Shown piece by piece: positions 19,077 to 25,915 of a stretch of 64,000 nt of DNA. Positions within the stretch are counted from its first letter, which is position 1. Each line of letters opens with the position of its first letter. This DNA is from a virus. Made by a program: the position numbers and the translations under genes. The DNA is taken from positions 32,001 through 96,000 of the IMG/VR virus record IMGVR_UViG_3300035695_000002; one strand, 5' to 3'. The notes under the pieces are model-generated. The model made no database searches. It saw nothing but the letters and a program-made list of their open reading frames with translations, and was not told the origin of the DNA.

Positions 19077-21020
19077 TCAATCAATTATTTCAAATTTTGG
19101 CAAACATACAATAAATTTCCCTTCATATCCTACATCTTTGGCTCTTTTTATAAGTTCTTCCTTGAAGTTTTCAGCAAGTATTACTAGATAATCAGGAGGA
19201 GTTTTTTGTAAATATCTCTTATGTACAATAGGAATTCCTGTACCAGGACTAAATTTCCCTATTTTTTCACTTGTTTCATCTATAATGACATCCATTATAT
19301 CTGTTGTAACATTACAAGCATTTAGAAGAGTGTTGCCTTTAGCACTTGCACCAAAACCGGACAGTTTATATCCCTTTTTCTTTAAGTTTAAAAGGTTTTC
19401 CCCTATAGAGGATATGCTGTCCTTTACCTTAGATTGCCATTTAGAATATAGTTCTAAGGAGGTATATCCTTTTTCATCCTCATTTTTTATGAATTCATGA
19501 ACAGAAGGAGAAACATCGTATCTGGATTCCTGTTTAGCTATTGTAATTCTTATTGTTCCTCCGTGTATATTATGCTTACTCACATCTATAATTTTCATTC
19601 CTAAAGTATCACATAGACTATTAATTGGAGAAATGGAAATATGAGATAAATGTTCGAAATAACATTGGTTCCATTCATTCTCCTCTATAAAGTCTCTAAG
19701 ATAAGGACATTCTATTATTAATATTCCATTAGGAGACAGAACATTTTTAGCTGTCTGTATAAACTCATTAATATTATCAATGTGAGCGAAGACATTGGTT
19801 GCAGAAATTAATTGAGCATTTCCGTATTTGCTAATAATTTCTATTCCTGTTTTTCTACTCCAAAAATCAGCAATTGTAGGAACTCCTATAGATTCTGCAA
19901 TAGCAGCTAGATTCTCAGCAGGATCTACCCCTAACACTTTAATTCCTATTTCTTCCTTAAACTCTTTTAAAAGAGATCCGTCATTAGAGGCTATATCTAT
20001 ATGGAAACTAGAAGATGACAGATGGTATTTTTCCCTTAAATCTTTAGCCATCTTTCTACAATGCTGTAAATATGGTTTATTTACAGAAGATCTATATGTA
20101 TAATAACTATACATCTCCTTAGGATCAATTACTACAGAAAGTTGTGTCAGAAAACACTGCTCACAAACCATCACTTGTAAAGGAAATCTTTGCTTATTTC
20201 TAGCTAATTTAGAAGAAGTTTCCAAGTTGTTGGACAGGGGCATGAGACCTAAATCTAAATATTTAGTTAGTTTTGTAGAATTACATGCTCTACAATGTGT
20301 ATGAGATTTGGCTATTGGGGAATTTGACTTATAATCTATCCATTTCTGGAGATTGAGAGAGGTATCGTAAGGAGTATTAAAACTTGTTTCTGATAGTTTT
20401 ATAGGAGAAACATCAGGATTGCGCTCTTTAGCATAAGAAAATAAAGTTTTTCTCTCTGTACCTAGATTTAATATCCCTATTAATGGACTTATTGAAGCTT
20501 CGTATATTAATGGGGCTATTTTGTCCACATAATCCTTAGAAGCCCATTTATCAATAAATGCTACAGAATAAGAAAATTCATTCTTTCCAAAGGATGTACG
20601 TATAATTAAATGGTTTTTTACAGCATTTACAGAGGCTTCTCCTCCCACTTTAGTCCAAGTATAGAGATTGAAAGGTAGAATAGGATCAGATTCCTTACAG
20701 TTTCCGTGATTTCCTTGATAAACATAGTCAGTGGATAAATATACAAGCCTAATGTCATATTTGGAGCATATAATAGACAGGTTTGCAGCCCCTATTATAT
20801 TAGTTTCAATGGCTTCTCTAGGATTGGTTTCAATAGCTCTATTATCGATTATAGCAGCACTATTTATAATTATATCTGGAGTATGTAGTTTAATAAACTC
20901 TTCAACCTGGCTTAAATTTCGTATATCCACATCATTTTTAGAAGGACATATTAAATTTCCATCAATTTTCTGTAATTCCTTCCCTAATGTCCCATTTCCT
21001 CCAAAAACTACTATTTTCAT
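19077..21020 (-). CDS. fusion of an RmlD-like NDP-4-keto-sugar reductase and an NDP-hexose C-methyltransferase
   Basis: N-terminal SDR domain: GGNGTLG, 'INSAA', STDYVY and YxxxK (YTWTK). C-terminal domain: Zn site CRAC..CEQC, SAM motif 'DIASNDG', 'TNVFAH', 'YFEH', 'HGG' and 'GASAKGNTLLN'. Confidence 0.88.
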   Translation of the reverse strand: MKIVVFGGNGTLGKELQKIDGNLICPSKNDVDIRNLSQVEEFIKLHTPDIIINSAAIIDNRAIETNPREAIETNIIGAANLSIICSKYDIRLVYLSTDYVYQGNHGNCKESDPILPFNLYTWTKVGGEASVNAVKNHLIIRTSFGKNEFSYSVAFIDKWASKDYVDKIAPLIYEASISPLIGILNLGTERKTLFSYAKERNPDVSPIKLSETSFNTPYDTSLNLQKWIDYKSNSPIAKSHTHCRACNSTKLTKYLDLGLMPLSNNLETSSKLARNKQRFPLQVMVCEQCFLTQLSVVIDPKEMYSYYTYRSSVNKPYLQHCRKMAKDLREKYHLSSSSFHIDIASNDGSLLKEFKEEIGIKVLGVDPAENLAAIAESIGVPTIADFWSRKTGIEIISKYGNAQLISATNVFAHIDNINEFIQTAKNVLSPNGILIIECPYLRDFIEENEWNQCYFEHLSHISISPINSLCDTLGMKIIDVSKHNIHGGTIRITIAKQESRYDVSPSVHEFIKNEDEKGYTSLELYSKWQSKVKDSISSIGENLLNLKKKGYKLSGFGASAKGNTLLNACNVTTDIMDVIIDETSEKIGKFSPGTGIPIVHKRYLQKTPPDYLVILAENFKEELIKRAKDVGYEGKFIVCLPKFEIID

Positions 21021-21026
21021 ATTGGT

Positions 21027-22376
21027 TTAATTATGATTTACAAGGCATCCATTTACCTTCTTCCATCTATCCTCTCCATATTTGTCTATTATTCTTTTAA
21101 AATAAGTCCAATCACTACTATGTGACATATCTCCCCATCCACTACCTACAGCCACATCTTTTCTAATAATAACACAGGCAGAGTCTATATATCCTAATTT
21201 AAGCCTTGTATCAATGATTCCGTATTTATATACTTCCCAATTTATACCATTACAAGTTCTTTGATTATTTTCAATTATTGTAGTTTTCTGCCAACTATCA
21301 TAAGAATGGACAAATTGGCTGCAATAGGAGGCCAAAATATAAGGATTTTCAAACCCTTTTAATAAAAACTCACAAAAATGAGGAGAATGAAAATTGTCCC
21401 CGTTCGTTATACATACAAAGGATGTATTAGGAGAGAGAATTTCTAGATTATCTAAAGCAAACTGACGAATAGGATGGCCCCATTGTTGCTTCCTTTCCTC
21501 TGTTTCTATAAATTTAATTCTTTTGTCATTAATAACATCTATCACTTTTCTTAACCCTGTAGAATTTGGACCATCATGTATTAATAAAAGTTCCCAATTC
21601 TTATAAGTTTGATTAATTAAACTACTTACAATTTCTGGAAAAGTGTCAAAAATAGGGCAAATAAATGTAATTTTGTTCTCTTCTGAAGGGGGATTTAGGT
21701 CTATAACAATAGGAAGTTCTGGAAATATTTCTTTATGTTCTTTTTCCCTTCTTTTAAATCTTAATTTTCCATATATACCATCATGTCCTGAGTCCCATAG
21801 AGGGGAGGTTTCTATATTATCTACCTGAGCTATTCTACCTATCTTGACTATTTGCTCAAATAATGTAACTGTCTTACTCTTCCTTTTATGCTCAAATTCA
21901 TAACATTCTTCTTTATTTGTTATAATAGGAACAGCAAATGTAATATTAACTAAATCTCTTTTTCTAAGCATAAATCCTGTAGTACGTATATGTTGAGTTA
22001 CTTCTTGACTCAATTCATAACATACACAGGATACATCTTCCTTAAAGGGATATAGAAACCTTTGTATAAACTCCTTATTCATAGGGAGTAAATCGTCTGT
22101 ACACCATAAGAGATAGTCAAATTCTGTAGGAAACCCATCCAATCTTCCTCTACATACATCTTGAAAAGCCCCTATATCAAATCCTATATTAACTCTGGGA
22201 ACATATGTGATATTATTCTTTTTGCACAATTTTTCATATTCATTCTTATCGTTAATATTAACATAATTATGAATAATAACTAATTGGGCATCTGTAGTGT
22301 TACATTGATTCCAACATCTTATCCATTCCTGAACATTATTAAGTCTATTATGTACAATAACAGAAACAACCACCAT
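21027..22376 (-). CDS. two-domain glycosyltransferase (RgpF/rhamnan-synthesis-like N-terminus plus GT2 C-terminus)
   Basis: N-terminal 'R.NIGFDIGAF', 'TDD', 'HIRT' and 'FE'. C-terminal 'SLINQTY.NWELLLIHDG', 'WGH..R', 'NGDN', 'ID', 'DW' and 'HN'. Confidence 0.8.
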   Translation of the reverse strand: MVVVSVIVHNRLNNVQEWIRCWNQCNTTDAQLVIIHNYVNINDKNEYEKLCKKNNITYVPRVNIGFDIGAFQDVCRGRLDGFPTEFDYLLWCTDDLLPMNKEFIQRFLYPFKEDVSCVCYELSQEVTQHIRTTGFMLRKRDLVNITFAVPIITNKEECYEFEHKRKSKTVTLFEQIVKIGRIAQVDNIETSPLWDSGHDGIYGKLRFKRREKEHKEIFPELPIVIDLNPPSEENKITFICPIFDTFPEIVSSLINQTYKNWELLLIHDGPNSTGLRKVIDVINDKRIKFIETEERKQQWGHPIRQFALDNLEILSPNTSFVCITNGDNFHSPHFCEFLLKGFENPYILASYCSQFVHSYDSWQKTTIIENNQRTCNGINWEVYKYGIIDTRLKLGYIDSACVIIRKDVAVGSGWGDMSHSSDWTYFKRIIDKYGEDRWKKVNGCLVNHN

Positions 22377-22411
22377 AAAATGTAGTTAGATTGGTTTAGA
22401 ACAAAGAAATA

Positions 22412-22588
22412 TTAAGGATGGGAGGTAGTTGTAGTCAAAGGATCACAACAAGTGTATCCTTGTATCTGTCTCCATTTACCCACCTTGGGCATCTTTAATC
22501 TTCCAATTAAGGAACCAGCTACATCTCTGCCACTACCATCGATTCTCACATAGAAATTAAGTACTCTCTTGTCTACGCTATTTGCCAT
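22412..22588 (-). CDS. small putative virion protein with a Thr-rich C-terminus (58 aa)
   Basis: Manual translation MANSVDKRVLNFYVRIDGSGRDVAGSLIGRLKMPKVGKWRQIQGYTCCDPLTTTTSHP*; starts immediately after the upstream stop. Confidence 0.7.
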   Translation of the reverse strand: MANSVDKRVLNFYVRIDGSGRDVAGSLIGRLKMPKVGKWRQIQGYTCCDPLTTTTSHP

Positions 22589-22589
22589 T

Positions 22590-23246
22590 TTAATTTAAAT
22601 TTATATTATTTATAATCGAATTATCTTTCTTTACATAAGACCACATATATCCGTTTCTAGGTTTTCTTATATTATTACACCATTTACCTATCGCCTCATG
22701 ACTGTATCCTTCAATTCTTTCGGCCTCCATCGCAGATGAATAGGTTTTAATAAGGTTGTAATCATTATCATATTTATATACTTTCTTACTATTAGGATTC
22801 TCATATCCTTTTTTGTATTTTTCTTTCTGAACCTTACTTAAATATTCTTTTCTGATTTCTGAAAATTTAACACCTTTTCTTGTTGTAAATCTTTTAACGT
22901 TGCCTTGAATATTTAATACATTATATCCATTTTTCAGATATTCAAGAATCAGTTCTTTTTCTCTAATTCTAGCTTCTTCTATATTCTTATATTTTTCTTT
23001 TTCCAACACTCTAAACAATACCTTTTTCTTTTGAATTTTGATTACATCATTCATCCATACATATATTGGGTAATGACTCATTTTTCCTTTTCTTGTATCC
23101 CTAGAGTGAGTCCATGCTCTCCCCATAAAATCTTCTGTTATCCCTATATACACAGATTTATCTTTTATATCTTCTGAATACAGTATATATGTGCTATAGG
23201 GGTTTTCGGGGTAATCTAAATTTACTAATCCATTATATTCCTTCAT
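22590..23246 (-). CDS. GIY-YIG homing endonuclease with a NUMOD C-terminus
   Basis: 'TYILY...VYIGIT....R...H', 'RE..LI......N' and C-terminal 'KKVYKYD...LIKTY.S..EA....G....I..C......GYMWSY'. Confidence 0.8.
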   Translation of the reverse strand: MKEYNGLVNLDYPENPYSTYILYSEDIKDKSVYIGITEDFMGRAWTHSRDTRKGKMSHYPIYVWMNDVIKIQKKKVLFRVLEKEKYKNIEEARIREKELILEYLKNGYNVLNIQGNVKRFTTRKGVKFSEIRKEYLSKVQKEKYKKGYENPNSKKVYKYDNDYNLIKTYSSAMEAERIEGYSHEAIGKWCNNIRKPRNGYMWSYVKKDNSIINNINLN

Positions 23247-24253
23247 AGGTTATATTTCTGTTTTAATTCAATCATTTTCGATACATAGTACCAATTACAG
23301 AGAGTTTTAGACTGTTCATTATTATACACCAGTTCTAAATGAGAGTCCTCAAAAGGATTAGCTCCCATGTGATATTTTCCTTTATAAAAAACAGGAATTT
23401 CTCCTTGTTTCTCTCCTACAATTCCTGCATTATGAAATATAGGACATGTTTCTAATTTAGAAATAGGATCACTGCTCCATGCAAAGTTAAGTTCTTCTAC
23501 TATTCTAGTTTCCTGATTTCTGTCCCATAATCCCCATAGCACAGCCCACATATCAGCACACCAGCTTTGAAACCCTTTATTTTCATTTTCAAAGAAGTAT
23601 TTATTTATTTCCTGGAGATATTGTCTGATTTTGATAGAATCTGTTATTATTTTGTCCCAAAATTGCCAATCTATATTTTTTAACAGATATTGTGCCCCTC
23701 CCGAATTCAAATTATTCTTTTCTGCTATTTCTCTGGAAACTCCTACTAGTTTACAAGCCTCATTTAATATATCCCTAGTTTTATATTGCTCTAGTTTCTC
23801 CGGAATAACATCCTTTATTTTACTATCAAAATAAGAAGCATTTATATAACTTAATGTATTTGAGAGATAACAGACATCATCATTTAAGAACTTATCAATA
23901 TTAAATTTTTCTGTGAAAAGAACATCACAATCACTATAAAATACAGCTTTTTCCTTTAATTCTGGATGTAATTTGAAATATTTCATAAGAATATACGGTC
24001 TTATAAGAGGTATGTATATTCCTAAGAGTTTAGTTATATTGTCTGTATCTTTGTAAAAGAAAAATTCAGATTCTGGGTATAATTCTTTTAATTTATCCCA
24101 TTTAGGGTTTCTATCTCTATAATTAGGGGTAAATATTAGAGAGACAGCTTTATTTGACTTTCCTATTGATTTTAGGCTTTCCAACCATAAATGGGTTTGC
24201 CACCAGTAGTAATCATCACAAGGGGCACATTGCATAAATACTAAATCTCTCAT
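23243..24253 (-). CDS. GT-A fold glycosyltransferase resembling GT95/GT96 peptide O-glycosyltransferases
   Basis: 'YYWWQT.L..ES', 'YIPLIRPY.L..Y', DxD 'YSDCDVLF', 'GGAQYL', 'WCADMWA' and 'FHNAG'. Confidence 0.65.
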   Translation of the reverse strand: MRDLVFMQCAPCDDYYWWQTHLWLESLKSIGKSNKAVSLIFTPNYRDRNPKWDKLKELYPESEFFFYKDTDNITKLLGIYIPLIRPYILMKYFKLHPELKEKAVFYSDCDVLFTEKFNIDKFLNDDVCYLSNTLSYINASYFDSKIKDVIPEKLEQYKTRDILNEACKLVGVSREIAEKNNLNSGGAQYLLKNIDWQFWDKIITDSIKIRQYLQEINKYFFENENKGFQSWCADMWAVLWGLWDRNQETRIVEELNFAWSSDPISKLETCPIFHNAGIVGEKQGEIPVFYKGKYHMGANPFEDSHLELVYNNEQSKTLCNWYYVSKMIELKQKYNL

Positions 24254-24280
24254 GTAATTATTGGTTTTTACTTAAATTTG

Positions 24281-24385
24281 CTATTTTGTAGAAAGAATCT
24301 TTGTCAAAGTCTCAATTTGCATTGATATTCTCTGTAACCATTTCACTTTTCTACTAGATCCTATTTGTTGATTTTGTGTAGCCAT
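24281..24385 (-). CDS. 34-aa protein paralogous to the N-terminus of the adjacent fibre
   Basis: Manual translation MATQNQQIGSSRKVKWLQRISMQIETLTKILSTK*; aligns with MSVPNRQIG...WLSFISKQMERLTQV. Confidence 0.65.
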   Translation of the reverse strand: MATQNQQIGSSRKVKWLQRISMQIETLTKILSTK

Positions 24386-24387
24386 AA

Positions 24388-25893
24388 TTAATCGTTTGTT
24401 GTTTTAGCAGTTAAGAAATATGTAGTTCCTCCTATATTTACAGTGATGGTTCTATTTTGCGCTGTTGGAGAAACAACATTTACAGCACTTTCTGTTATAA
24501 CTCCTTCTCTAGTGGTTCCTGTTCTTGTAAAGAATAAATTAGTTCCATCATATTCCATACATCCAGCCACTGCTGTTGTTAAATTGGTTCCGGAAGTAAA
24601 CTTTAAAGGAGCTAATATTGTTGTTCCTGCTCCTATTACAGCTAGTGCATTTGCTGGCGTTGCTCCTGCTCCTAAACTTGTGATTCCTCGTCTAACTAAA
24701 AGACCGTACTCAATACCAACAACTGCTATAATAGCAGGATTAATATCTAAATATGTGATAGATCCATTTGATCCACCTGTTTGATTTATTGCGGTTGTTA
24801 TTGATACAGCAGTAAATGCTGCAGTACCAGAAGCAGGGCTAAAAAATCCAGCGAAAGATGAACCTGTGATTGCTCCAGAAGTTGGAGTTACTGTATTTCC
24901 TGGGTTAATAGTAATACCGATCCCACTAGTAGCATTCCATGTACTGGGTTGATTAATAATAAACCCTGTATTTACTTGTATTTGATTTGCTACAGCGCTA
25001 GATCCGTTTAGAGTTATACCCCCAACATTACCTAATCCGGCAGCATCATTTATTTTTAATCCGTGAGCTTGAGTTAGTAATATTGCTCCATCTGATGCCA
25101 GTGTCAATCCTCCATTTGTAGAACTACCAGCAACCTTAGATTGAAATATTAAATTAGTAGTAGGGTTTGCAGATCCTTGAACCGGAAGATTATAAATTTG
25201 CCATAATGTTTGAACACTTGCTGTTCCTGTTGTTTTCCACCCCTGACCCTCAAATGTTATTATAGGAGAAATCTGTTGAGCACCTGCTGCTGCTGCTGTG
25301 GAATTTGAAAACCATAAGCCAGCACCATCTACTACAGTAGTTCCTAAAGAAGCAAAGGAATATTTTATAATATTAGTTGTTGTACCTACTATTGTATTTG
25401 GTCCAGATAATGTTCCTCCAGAAGCTAAAAGCCAAGAAAGTCCTGTAGATTGTTTACCATTAAATGTATTCCAATCGGCAGAGGATAAATATCCATTAGT
25501 TGATGTAGTAGCTTGAATAACTTGAATAGTAGTATTTGCTAATAAAGTACTAGATCCTGTTATAGTAAGAACTGCTGAAGTAGCCTCTGTCAAATTACCA
25601 GCAGCAGTGTATGAAGGAGCAGCAGATCCTCCTGTATTATTACCAAACCATGTGTGTGCTCCAGCATTAGACAATGAGAAAGATAGAGATGGAGTAGTGG
25701 TGGGAGTGCCTACAGAAGTAGTAAATAAAGGAGATAGATTTCCACTAGAAAAAGAAGAAACTGTACCTCCTCCACCACCACCTGATATATTAGAAGCTAC
25801 TTGTGTCAACCTTTCCATCTGTTTAGAGATGAAAGATAACCAATATTCTTCTGGTGCTGATTCTGCTCCTATTTGTCTATTAGGTACGGACAT
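24388..25893 (-). CDS. head or tail fibre protein
   Basis: 501 aa rich in G/S/T/A, with a poly-Gly hinge after a short N-terminal helix and the fibre motif 'GYLSSADWNTFNGKQ'. Confidence 0.72.
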   Translation of the reverse strand: MSVPNRQIGAESAPEEYWLSFISKQMERLTQVASNISGGGGGGTVSSFSSGNLSPLFTTSVGTPTTTPSLSFSLSNAGAHTWFGNNTGGSAAPSYTAAGNLTEATSAVLTITGSSTLLANTTIQVIQATTSTNGYLSSADWNTFNGKQSTGLSWLLASGGTLSGPNTIVGTTTNIIKYSFASLGTTVVDGAGLWFSNSTAAAAGAQQISPIITFEGQGWKTTGTASVQTLWQIYNLPVQGSANPTTNLIFQSKVAGSSTNGGLTLASDGAILLTQAHGLKINDAAGLGNVGGITLNGSSAVANQIQVNTGFIINQPSTWNATSGIGITINPGNTVTPTSGAITGSSFAGFFSPASGTAAFTAVSITTAINQTGGSNGSITYLDINPAIIAVVGIEYGLLVRRGITSLGAGATPANALAVIGAGTTILAPLKFTSGTNLTTAVAGCMEYDGTNLFFTRTGTTREGVITESAVNVVSPTAQNRTITVNIGGTTYFLTAKTTND

Positions 25894-25915
25894 TATATTT
25901 TTTATTTAAATTTTC

